Part shown: positions 20,278 to 30,236 of the stretch, one piece after another
How positions within the stretch are numbered: the first letter of the stretch is position 1
Layout: each line of letters begins with the position of its first letter
From: Cyanidioschyzon merolae
Lineage: Eukaryota
DNA length: 64,000 nucleotides
Reading direction: 5' to 3' (one strand)
Assembly (NCBI GenBank): GCA_000091205.1
Contig: AP006493.2
Position numbers and translations under genes: made by a program
The notes under the pieces: model-generated
Seen by the model: the letters and a program-made list of their open reading frames with translations, nothing else
Databases searched by the model: none
Told to the model about the DNA's origin: nothing

Positions 20278-22974
20278 TCAGAGACATCCCGCAGACTGTC
20301 GGCCAAGTGACGAACACCGCTTATCAAATATGGTCTGTGATGGTGCGTAGTTCGAATGTTGCCGCACAGCAAGTCGCTGGCGAAGGGATTCCGGCGTGCG
20401 CCGCTCTGCAGCTTCTGGCGAGGTGATGCTTCCGCGAGAGCTCGACGCAGCGGAAGACGGGCCCAGGTCCAATGCTGAAGACACGTTGACAGCGAGTTGC
20501 GTAACACGTTGTTCAGTGATTGCAGCGGCAGCAGCACTGTCGTTTCCATCTGCGGACTTGTTCTGCGTTTCAGGAGATATGCTGCTCGTGTGCGTCGTCG
20601 CCGTTACCGCCAATGCTGCGCACATTCCCTGCCGAGCTGCGCCTGCGTAAACGTCAGAGAGCCACGGGTGCTGCAGACACTGGGCCGCAGTTGCGCGCTG
20701 CATTGGCTCGAGCCTTAGCATCGGCTCCAGGAACATTGCAATTTCCTCCGCCTCGTGTCGCGAAAACTTGTACTTTTCTCGAAGCAAGTCCGAGAGGCTC
20801 CAAAAGTGTAAGCTCTTAATTTTCCGCAGCGCCCCGTCTTTTGTGAAATACTCACCAGAATACTTGCCTCGATCCAGCAGCGACCTGGGAAACGGACCCA
20901 GCAGCTCCATCATGAGTGCCAAATGGTCGTCGTCTCGGGAAAAGCTTCGGCCAGAGTGCGGATCGAAAAGAAAATCTCCCGTCAAAAGCTCGAAGAGCAC
21001 ACAAGCGCATGACCAGATATCCGCTGATGCATCGAAGCCTGCACCCAGAATGACCTCTGGAGAACGGTATTGGCGGGTCTGGATATCCTCCGTGAAATGC
21101 TTGTCAGTCCAGCACGCGTTCCCGAAATCGACCAGTTTAACCCGGCTGTTGGTCTCCCAGCCGTGCCATGCCAGCGGGCGTGTCGGCTCTACGTTGAACG
21201 TACACCCGCTGAGCGCCGCGACGCCGTTCTCGGTGCGAGCTCCCCCTGGGTGCTTCACGGTCGCCAACTGTTGTGCTGCACTTGGTTTCATTCGATCCGC
21301 CGCTGCCGTTGTTGTCATCGTGGAAAGTGCCCCATATCCCGAATCAACGCTGCAAGCTGTTGCCGCATCGTCCGCCTGCTGCATCCGCATGGGATCTTTC
21401 TCTTTCAGGTAGGCCAAGCGCGACACGACGCCCCCGTGCGCATCCTTGGTGAACTTCATAGACGCGTTTGAAGATGAAGCCTGTGACTGTTCAGATATCG
21501 ATGAGAGACTTGCCGATGTGAGCGTAGGCCCTTCACCCGAGAATTGGGTTCTGGCGTGGATCAGCTCAGTCGATTGACTTTGCAAGTCCCGCTGAGACGC
21601 GACTTCAGCGTCCACAGTGTTCAGCGCTGCACGGAGAGCATTATAGGTCTTGCGTATACGAGCAGGATCCGAGTCCTCGTTGCACGTGATCAGTTCCTCC
21701 GTAAGACCGGACTGCACTTGATCAGATATCTGAGTCTGAAGCCGGTCCGCGACTGCAGCACACGCTCGAAACGGAGGCATGCCCTCGCTTTTCGGTTTGC
21801 AAGCTCGCTCCGGTTCAGCAAACGTTGGTGCGCACAGTGCATCGGGCTCGGACTGTGGGCGCTTCGCGTTTGGTGTATCCAGCACGAGCTTTGGCTTGGA
21901 ATTGGATGCCACATCCGAGAGATCCACTTGCGCGTTCGAGGATCGCTGGCCCTCAAACGAATGCAGTATAGGTCCATATCGTTGTTCGAACATAGACAAA
22001 GCCTCCGAAATTGCTTGTCCGGCTAGCTCTACCGTTGCTTCACGTGGAGGCACAAATAAGCAGTTCTCTGGTTTGACGTCGGTGTGGATAATCCCGCAAT
22101 CACGATGGCAAAAATCGAGCGCTTCAAGTAAATGCACGATAACGCGTTTGGCGATGGGGAGCGGCACCCCACGATAGCCGTGATACCGAATAAGCGAGAG
22201 AAGACTGCGTCCCAGAACCTCGAACACCAAACATATATGTCGCCCATTCGGCCCGATCAACTCAAAGTGATCCAGGAAAGTGACAACAGGTGTTCCGCGC
22301 AAGGGCGCCTTCTCTCTAATGGTTGCCAACAGAGCGATCTCATCCCGTGCCGCGTCGGTGTAGTGTCGGGCTGATTTTTGGATCTTGAGCGCAACCAGCC
22401 CAGATCGCTCCTCATCCCAGCATAGCCAGACGGTGGAGAAATGGCCCCAGCCAAGTTTGCGAAGCACAATATACCGTCCGTTTTTCAGTGCGTCTCCGAT
22501 CTGGATCGGATGGTAGCCTCCGCTGCGGTAGTCTGCAGCATCTTCAGTGTCCGAATACTCCATGGCGTCCTCGGTGAGATACCAATTCCCCGTATCGCTT
22601 CGTGACGTCTCACTCCGCCCATGCGTTTGCACCGCCTCGCGTTGTGTCCTGTTTTGAGACGCCACGCTCTCATGATCCGCATCTGGTGCTTGTTCACTAA
22701 AGCTCAAAGCGGTCGTCTCCTTGTTGCGCTGCTGGTATTCCCAGTCGCGGGGAAGGTAGCCACCACCGGTACCCGGAGGCTCAGGACTCGCTCCTCTCCC
22801 CGCTGATGGACCTTCTACAGAATACGAAGACTCATAGCTTGGAGAGAGCGACTCGCTCGGTGTTTTGGCTACTGGGTAAGCAGGTACTTGCTCCATGACA
22901 GGCTCGACGTGTCGTAGTGGTGAGCGCGCCGGTCCGCCCGCCAGAGCAACGAACATGAAATCGAACACGATCAC
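20278..22974 (-). CDS. SRPK: SR-protein-specific kinase (SRPK family) with long spacer insert
   Basis: 'YIVLRKLGWGHFSTVWLCWDEERSGLVALKIQKSARHYTDAARDEIALL', the SRPK hallmark (LGWGHFSTVWL.WD). 'HRDCGIIHTDVKPEN' catalytic loop. The kinase domain is split by a >300-aa low-complexity spacer before 'VKLVDFGNACW..TEDIQTRQYRSPEVILG'. Confidence 0.8.
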   Translation of the reverse strand: MIVFDFMFVALAGGPARSPLRHVEPVMEQVPAYPVAKTPSESLSPSYESSYSVEGPSAGRGASPEPPGTGGGYLPRDWEYQQRNKETTALSFSEQAPDADHESVASQNRTQREAVQTHGRSETSRSDTGNWYLTEDAMEYSDTEDAADYRSGGYHPIQIGDALKNGRYIVLRKLGWGHFSTVWLCWDEERSGLVALKIQKSARHYTDAARDEIALLATIREKAPLRGTPVVTFLDHFELIGPNGRHICLVFEVLGRSLLSLIRYHGYRGVPLPIAKRVIVHLLEALDFCHRDCGIIHTDVKPENCLFVPPREATVELAGQAISEALSMFEQRYGPILHSFEGQRSSNAQVDLSDVASNSKPKLVLDTPNAKRPQSEPDALCAPTFAEPERACKPKSEGMPPFRACAAVADRLQTQISDQVQSGLTEELITCNEDSDPARIRKTYNALRAALNTVDAEVASQRDLQSQSTELIHARTQFSGEGPTLTSASLSSISEQSQASSSNASMKFTKDAHGGVVSRLAYLKEKDPMRMQQADDAATACSVDSGYGALSTMTTTAAADRMKPSAAQQLATVKHPGGARTENGVAALSGCTFNVEPTRPLAWHGWETNSRVKLVDFGNACWTDKHFTEDIQTRQYRSPEVILGAGFDASADIWSCACVLFELLTGDFLFDPHSGRSFSRDDDHLALMMELLGPFPRSLLDRGKYSGEYFTKDGALRKIKSLHFWSLSDLLREKYKFSRHEAEEIAMFLEPMLRLEPMQRATAAQCLQHPWLSDVYAGAARQGMCAALAVTATTHTSSISPETQNKSADGNDSAAAAAITEQRVTQLAVNVSSALDLGPSSAASSSRGSITSPEAAERRTPESLRQRLAVRQHSNYAPSQTIFDKRCSSLGRQSAGCL

Positions 22975-24338
22975 TTTGCGCTGTAACCACTACCTCGTAA
23001 GAACGCTCTCAATCAAAAAATCCACCGAGTAAGCGTCCGCCGCTCTCAAGCTATGCGTCTGAGGTCTGCTTGACTCCCTGACGAACTGTCTTCACGAGAG
23101 AAGTCACGGCGGTTCCTGTTCCAGTGGTCAGATCTTCGGAAACGGCGGTACTGCGTTCCTCACTAAACAAGACCGAGCATAGCGTTAAACACGACTCACC
23201 GTTCGCACAGAGTGCTCTGCTTTTAATCGGACCGTCGCTGAACCTCAGCAAGCAGATACGAGCCAGACGCTCTCTCCACTCCTTCGTGAATAGCTCTTGC
23301 GTTGGAAGAAATGCTCTACAGTCGACGTGGACGCTGGCAGATCTGCGATGCCGCCGCCGAACTCATGCCACACACCGGTCAACGCCGGTAAGCCTGGTGC
23401 CGCGAACGTTTTCGCGAGCTTGGAGGCGTATCTCCAGCACAAGATCGGGGCTCGTACCCGCGACACGCTTCGCGGCAGAGACACGTGTCCAGGTGGGCAG
23501 TTCCACTTCTGGCTTGAAGTCGCAGGATCTCACCGTACGCAAGTCACGTGACGTGTCGACGCGGGTGCTGGCCGATTGCGCGACGCTGCCGCCGTCGACG
23601 CATCGATCGCCGGGGTCGGGCAGCGTCACTTGCCGCGCAGCGCATGCATCACGCTGCCAGTGCATCCGAGTGGAGGTATGCGTGATGGACGGTATCCGAA
23701 ATGCGAATGTGTATCATGGGATCAAAGATCCATGATCTATGGGAACTTTTTGTTGAACACAAAATGAACCATACTGCATCATGTGTTGCTGTTGCGGAAT
23801 GACGGATACACGCCCTAATGGCGTTATCCATCGCGTATCGCGGGCGGTGATCCCCGGCTTATACACGAAATCGTACGCCAGAGCGCACTGCACCGTACCG
23901 CTGGTGGCTACGGGTGCAGGCACTGGATCGATCGATCGAACGAGTTCGGTTCTGGTGCAAAGATCTCACTGAATGATAATGGCGATTCAGAGACAGGACT
24001 CTCTGCCGTACAAAGGGCGAAAAGCCGTCCCCGATGCAGATGTTTCGGAAACTGCGTTTGCCCTTCACGTTCATGACTTTATCATGTTCCCGATAAAGTT
24101 GAGACGTGCTGTTTTCGCTATGCTCCATCAGGGCGTTGGATCACAGCTTCGGGGGACTGACTGTGGTCAACGGGCCCTGCACCCGCCTTCGAAAGTACAA
24201 GGCTCCGGTAGCGCGCTATCAGTTGGTTCTGGAGGGCATAACGAGGCGGGTTCGGATACGTTGCGGTAAGTCTCAGGTATATCCGCGTCGCCGGAAAGTG
24301 TGCCGCCGCGCTACGTACCAAGCATTGCATGCGGCTAG

Positions 24339-25628
24339 ATGCCATTATCGGTTATTCTGTTTCACTGCTCTGGTTCCTTCAACAGCTCGGAGCGTTATCG
24401 GGGACAACTGGCCCGGAACCCCGTGTGTGTGTGTGAAAGAGCGGTGTCGCAGCGCTGGAGCCGAACACCGATTGTTCTTGTTGCTGCCGCTGGTGCTGCT
24501 GAGCAGCGCGCGCCCTTGAAAGAGTGCGCTTGTACCTTGGACTGCACGGATATGTGTGTCTTCGTGCGAGTGCCTGGCAGGCCGGCGGCACTACGGAGTG
24601 TGGTTTGGAAGCGCAGCGCTCTTCTGTGCCAGTGGTCACCGGTCGCCTGGTGGTCGCGTCCTCGCCTCGCGCTTGGTTGCCGTGGAACGCGTCGAAGTGC
24701 CGCGGAGAGCACACCAGCGACGCTCGGACGAGTTATTTGCACAGCGCTTTCGTCCAGTCTACGAGTACGGGTCAACAAGGCGCTTCGAGAGCGCTTCTCT
24801 CGACGACAAGCGGATGAGCTGGTGCGTTCTGGCCGGGTCACGATTAACGGAAACCCGGCAACGCTCGGAGCGCGCGTCTCCGTGGACGACGTGATCGCTG
24901 TCGACGGAGAGCTGGTTTCCCTGTCGCAGAGCGCGTTCATTGCAGAAACTGACTTGGCTGCTATTGATTCGTGCTTTGTATATTTCAAGTACTGGAAACC
25001 GGTTGGTGTCGAGTGTACTACCGCCCCAGCCGTACCCGGCAACGTGCTAGAGGCGTCGGGGCTCGGTGCCTGGGCGGACCAGCACCATCTTCGTTTGTTC
25101 AACGTCGGACGTCTAGATAAAGACTCAACGGGCGTGTTGCTACTGACGAATGATGGACGCGTCGGGAACGCGCTTCTAGGAAGGAACAGTGGTTTTGTGA
25201 AAAGCTATCTGGTCACGCTGGACAAACCGATAGCTGACGAGGATATCGAGGCCATTCAGCAAGGCTTTGTGGTCGAAACCGAATACCGGCACGACAAGAA
25301 AGTGAAAACGATTCGCTTGCCAACCTTACCGTGTGCAGTGCGACGGCGCCCGCAACTCAACGAGATCGAAATCGATATTCATGAGGGCCGTAACCGTCAG
25401 ATTCGGCGAATGCTCATTTCACTTGGGTACCAAGTACGACGGCTGCATCGATTTGCCTTTTGCGGTATTGAACTGGGGCCAGAGCTAGATAAAGAGGGTT
25501 CCTGGGCGCCACTGAACGAACGTGAACTTGGAATCATTGCGGAGGCGCTGCGTATGCATGCGGAGCACAAAAGCATGCCCAGTCACAAGCGGCCTACCCA
25601 GTTTCGCATTCTCGATACAAGATCATGA
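24339..25628 (+). CDS. RsuA/RluB-family pseudouridine synthase with S4 domain, presequence-bearing (organellar)
   Basis: S4 'RADELVRSGRVTINGNPATLGARVSVDDVIAVDG'. Catalytic 'FNVGRLDKDSTGVLLLTNDGRVGNALL' (RLD..S.GLLL.TNDG), '..KSYLVTLDKP', 'IHEGRNRQIRRM'. ~150-aa Cys/Arg/Ser-rich N-terminal leader. Confidence 0.8.
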   Translation: MPLSVILFHCSGSFNSSERYRGQLARNPVCVCERAVSQRWSRTPIVLVAAAGAAEQRAPLKECACTLDCTDMCVFVRVPGRPAALRSVVWKRSALLCQWSPVAWWSRPRLALGCRGTRRSAAESTPATLGRVICTALSSSLRVRVNKALRERFSRRQADELVRSGRVTINGNPATLGARVSVDDVIAVDGELVSLSQSAFIAETDLAAIDSCFVYFKYWKPVGVECTTAPAVPGNVLEASGLGAWADQHHLRLFNVGRLDKDSTGVLLLTNDGRVGNALLGRNSGFVKSYLVTLDKPIADEDIEAIQQGFVVETEYRHDKKVKTIRLPTLPCAVRRRPQLNEIEIDIHEGRNRQIRRMLISLGYQVRRLHRFAFCGIELGPELDKEGSWAPLNERELGIIAEALRMHAEHKSMPSHKRPTQFRILDTRS

Positions 25629-26285
25629 CGAATGCGCCTGACTTGGCCTCGTACAACATTCATTGTCTGCACGGCGGGTTCACGGGCGTGAGTCGTCTGT
25701 CGCTAGACGCATTGGTTCCGGTCTCGTTGAAGCTGGCTACATGGCCGTGTTTCATTGCGATATGACACGTACGGGGCACCACATGGCGTGCAGCCACTGC
25801 ACGATCCGGTGCGAGTGTGTCTCCGTTGAGCCGCTGAATCCAAAAAGTTGTTTCTGATACCTGAGTTGACAGGGCGATGTTGTCGCGCTCATGAGCGCTC
25901 GCGGCTGTCGGGAAACCGCCGTCGCCCGGTAAAGACGCTCTAATGTTTCGAGCATTACCTGTAATCCCGTCATTCTAGACGCATCTTTTGGTGCTGTGCT
26001 GCGGAGCATGCGCGAAGACTGGACGAAAGTCGCGCCCAATCGGACCAAACTAGCCCTGGTGTCGCCGTGGCTCCGGTTGCACCACCTGCGAGGCAATGTT
26101 GCACTTCAGAACGTTTGGGATCTGGGGCTGCATGCTCCAGTAGAACGTGGACGCGTGGCGTTCCGTTGCAACATGTGCAGTCAGCGCTGCGCGCCGTCGC
26201 GACAACAACAACGTCACCCTGTGGTATTCGTTTTATAAAGTGATCATTTTTCGCCCGCTGTTACCAGCAGCATTCTTCCTAGGGA

Positions 26286-27032
26286 TCAGTCAGATGGCTT
26301 CTCTTTGGTATAATTGCTTCTTTTGCGCGCTTCCTCGCTTACTCTTTGCATGATAAACGTATACGTCTTATCAAAGTCAGGAACTGCTCGAAGCTCCAGC
26401 CTCGCTCCGCCCTTGAGCAGAATCACGTAGTCTGCGGAGATACCGCCGAACCTTCGAACGTATCGTACTTCCTCAATATCACGATAAACTACTTCGGTTT
26501 CATCACGACCCATGAATCCTGCCCGAACGTATATGCTGCGGTTCGAAATACGGTAACGAACCCAGTACTGTCGCGCTAGCGCTGCCGCGAAAGGTATCAC
26601 GCCGATAACCGTGAGAATCGAAAGCCCCGGCAGAAGCAACTCCGTCCAGGAAGGCGGTCCATCATAGAACGTCTGTTCAGGCTCTAGCGATGATGGTTTG
26701 CGAATTGCTTCTTCCTCCTCGTCCACGGACTTTTTGCGAACCTTCATCACCGGAGACGGAAGTCTGCGAAGCGGCGGCCTCTGCGTGCGCCGTCCCACAC
26801 GCCGTTTCACGCTGGTGGGCGTCACAAGCGGTTGCACCACGCGTGCCGACACAACAGCTGGTAGCGCTACGAACATGTTTGAGACGTATGACGTTCCAAC
26901 TTGGACTGCTGTGGGAAGCGCTGTTCGCCAGCGTCTCAGTGAATGCCGGGCGTTCTGGTTGCCAACGCCCAGCTCAGTTCCAGAGCACGAGTAGCACACT
27001 AGTGTACCTCTGTGAACACCTTGAAAAACCAC
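26286..27032 (-). CDS. membrane protein with bacterial-type PH-like domain (cyanobacterial-type), presequence-bearing
   Basis: Presequence, then 'YDGPPSWTELLLPGLSILTVIGVIPFAAALARQYWVRYRISNRSIYVRAGFMGRDETEVVYRDIEEVRYVRRFGG..ADYVILLKGGARLELRAVPDF': a TM hairpin followed by a bPH-like fold. The assignment is tentative. Confidence 0.35.
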   Translation of the reverse strand: MVFQGVHRGTLVCYSCSGTELGVGNQNARHSLRRWRTALPTAVQVGTSYVSNMFVALPAVVSARVVQPLVTPTSVKRRVGRRTQRPPLRRLPSPVMKVRKKSVDEEEEAIRKPSSLEPEQTFYDGPPSWTELLLPGLSILTVIGVIPFAAALARQYWVRYRISNRSIYVRAGFMGRDETEVVYRDIEEVRYVRRFGGISADYVILLKGGARLELRAVPDFDKTYTFIMQRVSEEARKRSNYTKEKPSD

Positions 27033-27471
27033 GCAACCCTTTCCTCTGAGAGTCCTGAAAGCTCAAATGTCTCTAGAGCAGCGTACAGCAATGCGCTTTC
27101 TAGTACGCCAAACCGACTGACATAAACAAGGATACGCTTGTGCCTGGTGTGTGCGGCGCTGCACGCCCTGGATGCGGACACGCGGACGCCAGCGTTAGCG
27201 ATCGACAAACGTCGCTGTGATTTTGTTTTTCGATGACGAAACCACGAACATGGACCATAGATCCCAGATTGCCGGATGGATACTGACTTTCGGGAAAGCG
27301 TCCATCATGATGCGGCACTCTACCTCCAAGTTCCATTACTGATACTTCCTTTCGGATGCACTGGTCGTTTTTTACGTACTGTCGAGCGTCAAGCGCCGGT
27401 GCGTCACGGTGCATGGGCGAGGCAGCGAGTCCGTGTTCGGTGTGAGAGGCATGCTCATCCGGGGTTTCGCG

Positions 27472-29520
27472 TCATATGGGGTTTTCCTGGGCAAAGTCTA
27501 AGACAGCAAGTTTGTAGATACATAAATCGACCGCAGGATATGCGTGCAGGGGGCGTCGTTTTGTACTCGGCTTGTCCAAATGCTCCGCATATTTGCGCTC
27601 GTTACCGATCTGCGCAAAGTGCACGCGAACGATCGAGAGCGGCTCCACACAAACTTGTGGATCGACTCGGAGCGACACTCGGCAGAATCTTGTCTCACTG
27701 TTGCCGAAACAGTCATTTGGTGTCGATGTACCCTGGAGCGTGAACATCGCTGGCGAACGAAACGACAAAAGCGCTTCGTAGCGGACCTGCACGGATGGAG
27801 TTTCGTTTTGGAAGGATGCGTGCGCAGACGCACGACTCGTTGAAAAGAGCAGCATGATTGTTGCCGGACAGATCGGCTCCGACAGCTGGACTATCACTGA
27901 GGCAGAGCCACGGGGAACGTGCCAACACCGACCGCGTGAAAGCGGCGCATGAAGACCCTGCGACTGCAGCATAATGGCTGGCGCAAAAGGCAACGGGCGA
28001 TGGCAGTTGCGTGCAGCTCGCGATCCGAAAGCAGCCCTCAAGACGCAGCGCACGCGGTTGCTCCAGTAGCTGACAAATGTCCTTGTCCAGGAAGGCTGGG
28101 CGCGAATGATTCGTGCTCCAGCCGAGGCGAGCGCATAATCCGATGCTGCTGTCGACATCCACTGCGAGTTGTGCATGTGCGCACGCTGTCGACGCAGCAT
28201 GCCTTCGAGGCGCTCAAATCGAGTTTCCAAGTTGCGTACCAGTTGCATAGCGTCCGTGCGAACTGTTGCTAATGACTCGCGAAGCTCCCGTAGCTCTGTC
28301 GAGATTGCGGATGCCTGTTGTACATGTACATGTTGGAGATTATCGAGATCCACAAGCGCGCCTGCCTTGTTGTCACGCAAATATCCAAGCAATGTCTCCA
28401 CATCCGGCTGTGATTGAGAATCATCCCCGCGCCATGGGGACGAGGACGTATTCTCCATTCGAGTCAGTTGTTCGGAGAGGAGCGCTTCAATCCGATCAAT
28501 TCGATGGACGAGCTCATTCCAGTGGGAATCAGCGCGAGCAGGAGCGCGATGACGTAGCCACTCGGAATACCAGTGCATTCCAGGCAAAACATGATACGAG
28601 GCGATCGAAGCGCTCCACAGAGCTCTCCACGTGGATCTCTGGAACACGGATAAATGCCTAGCCCAGTCGAGTCCAGATCCAAAGTTCGATATCGCGCGTG
28701 GCCTCGTAGTTTGTATTGTTTCCCCTTTCATAGACGCTTTTGCATGGTGAGAGAATTGACGCAACCACACAGGCACACTACCTAATCGTGCAATGAGTTG
28801 GCCGCTCCGTTGAAAGCCGCTATAAAAGACGCTCACCAATTTTCGCGGCATCAGGTTCCCGGAGAATACTCTTCCCCGATCAGGGATCGAAAGCAATGCG
28901 GAGAAGGCTTTTCGATACGCTGGTGCGCCGGGCTTGAGACACCCTGTCAGAACACAGAGCAAACCGATAAGCACGAACATAGCTAGCTTGAAGGAACGAC
29001 GACGACGACGGGGTCGTGCTGCAAGGCTGGTCGTTTCCCAGCGGCGCCCGCGGCCGCCAGACGCAAGTCGCCCGTGTATGCTTGACCAGCGTTCGTGAAT
29101 TCGCGACACCGCCCATGCCAGAGAATAACTAACCAGATTCAAACTCCATACGAAGCGCAGTGCATCTGAAATCCGCTGAGAAGGCGCGTCTCGATCAGTG
29201 GCCTCGAAATGCACGCGCCTTGGGGTATGATTTGCCGGTAAGCGCGTTGCCCGCCCTGACGGGGTGCCAACAAGTTGGACATTGCCCGTTGTGCAACCAT
29301 CATCGTCAACTGGAGGTCGACACCTGCGGATCTTCTCACTGTGCCGAGTTGAATAATGATGCGCAAGCTTAGGTTCACTTCTGGGCGCGTCACCGCGCTC
29401 TGGGCTCTCCACAGAGAAGGAAAGACGCCGTCGCGTGCGTGGCGTTGCTTTCGGCTCTATAGCGGTTGGCGTATTGTTCCGCATGAAGCAACTCGTTACT
29501 ATTGTGCAGTGCTGCCCCAA
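27472..29520 (-). CDS. SUN-domain (Sad1/UNC-84) nuclear-envelope protein
   Basis: Single TM 'FKLAMFVLIGLLCVLTGCL'. Long coiled coil ('RIDRIEALLSEQLTRMEN..LRELRESLATVRTDAMQLVRNLETRFERLEGMLRRQ'). C-terminal domain 'ASDYALASAGARIIRAQPS.T...GRCWHVPRGSASVIVQLSEPICPATIML' follows the SUN-domain pattern (DYAL.S.GA.I...S.TY...GNCW.F.G..G...+.L...I..T.VT.EH). Confidence 0.55.
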   Translation of the reverse strand: MGQHCTIVTSCFMRNNTPTAIEPKATPRTRRRLSFSVESPERGDAPRSEPKLAHHYSTRHSEKIRRCRPPVDDDGCTTGNVQLVGTPSGRATRLPANHTPRRVHFEATDRDAPSQRISDALRFVWSLNLVSYSLAWAVSRIHERWSSIHGRLASGGRGRRWETTSLAARPRRRRRSFKLAMFVLIGLLCVLTGCLKPGAPAYRKAFSALLSIPDRGRVFSGNLMPRKLVSVFYSGFQRSGQLIARLGSVPVWLRQFSHHAKASMKGETIQTTRPRAISNFGSGLDWARHLSVFQRSTWRALWSASIASYHVLPGMHWYSEWLRHRAPARADSHWNELVHRIDRIEALLSEQLTRMENTSSSPWRGDDSQSQPDVETLLGYLRDNKAGALVDLDNLQHVHVQQASAISTELRELRESLATVRTDAMQLVRNLETRFERLEGMLRRQRAHMHNSQWMSTAASDYALASAGARIIRAQPSWTRTFVSYWSNRVRCVLRAAFGSRAARNCHRPLPFAPAIMLQSQGLHAPLSRGRCWHVPRGSASVIVQLSEPICPATIMLLFSTSRASAHASFQNETPSVQVRYEALLSFRSPAMFTLQGTSTPNDCFGNSETRFCRVSLRVDPQVCVEPLSIVRVHFAQIGNERKYAEHLDKPSTKRRPLHAYPAVDLCIYKLAVLDFAQENPI

Positions 29521-30062
29521 ATCTAGCCAACTGGGTCCCGAAGACGCTCTCTTTCTCTCGCGAAAGCGCGTGGAAACTGTTTCGATCCGAGGCCAGGCCC
29601 CAACAAGCTGACTTGATGGAAGCTCAGATTTCGCTCCTCCAAACTGCTCTACGCCTCAAAGAGGTCGTGTTCGGTCTATCCACGGCGTGTCGAGACGGGC
29701 TGCACGGTCCCTCGGTGAGAGTCGAAACACCAGCGGCTTCGAGGCACTTCGCGTCCCCGCTCAGCGTCGTTCGCACTAGTGAGCGCCACGCACTCGTCGG
29801 CTCTGCGCTCACCAAAGGTGCGACGCGCTAGCCCCCCTGAAACACCGGAATACCTGAACCAATACCGTTGCTGAGGACAGCTGTGGATGAAGCGACAAGC
29901 CTCGCGCGGCTCTTGGTAAGAAAGTTTTTCGCGTGCAGCGCTGCGCCCGGCGTCCCCGAGCCAGAACGCTACGTGTGATCTTGGCGCCGAATCGCACCGA
30001 TCGGCACTGGACCTCAGAGCAACTGCCACAGCTGCCTGCTACACGAGTCCTCGACCAGGATC

Positions 30063-30236
30063 GATGCAGCGTAGGCGATCAGCAGTGTGTGTATTTGATT
30101 GTTTGCCTGCTTGCGATATCATTGGGTGGTGGTATGATTCCTGAATAGTACTGACTTCCAGAATCGGTAATCAAGCTAGATGCAGCATAGACGATCAGCA
30201 GTAGCTGTATGGTTGCTTGCCGGCTTGCTTGCCTGG
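30063..30236. repeat. two ~55-bp imperfect direct repeats (GATGCAGC[G/A]TAG[G/A]CGATCAGCAGT..TTGCTTGC) spaced ~116 bp
   Basis: Copy at 30063-30115 and copy at 30179-30236, in a 2.9-kb ORF-free interval. Confidence 0.7.

Noticed and set aside
20768-21412. 214-aa plus-strand ORF antisense to the SRPK spacer/kinase region
   Set aside because: Antisense to a well-supported kinase gene, with low-complexity translation. Regarded as spurious.
23124-23735. 203-aa ORF in the divergent SRPK / pseudouridine synthase promoter region
   Set aside because: Arg/Ser-rich with no domain signature; lies where a bidirectional promoter is expected. Probably noncoding.
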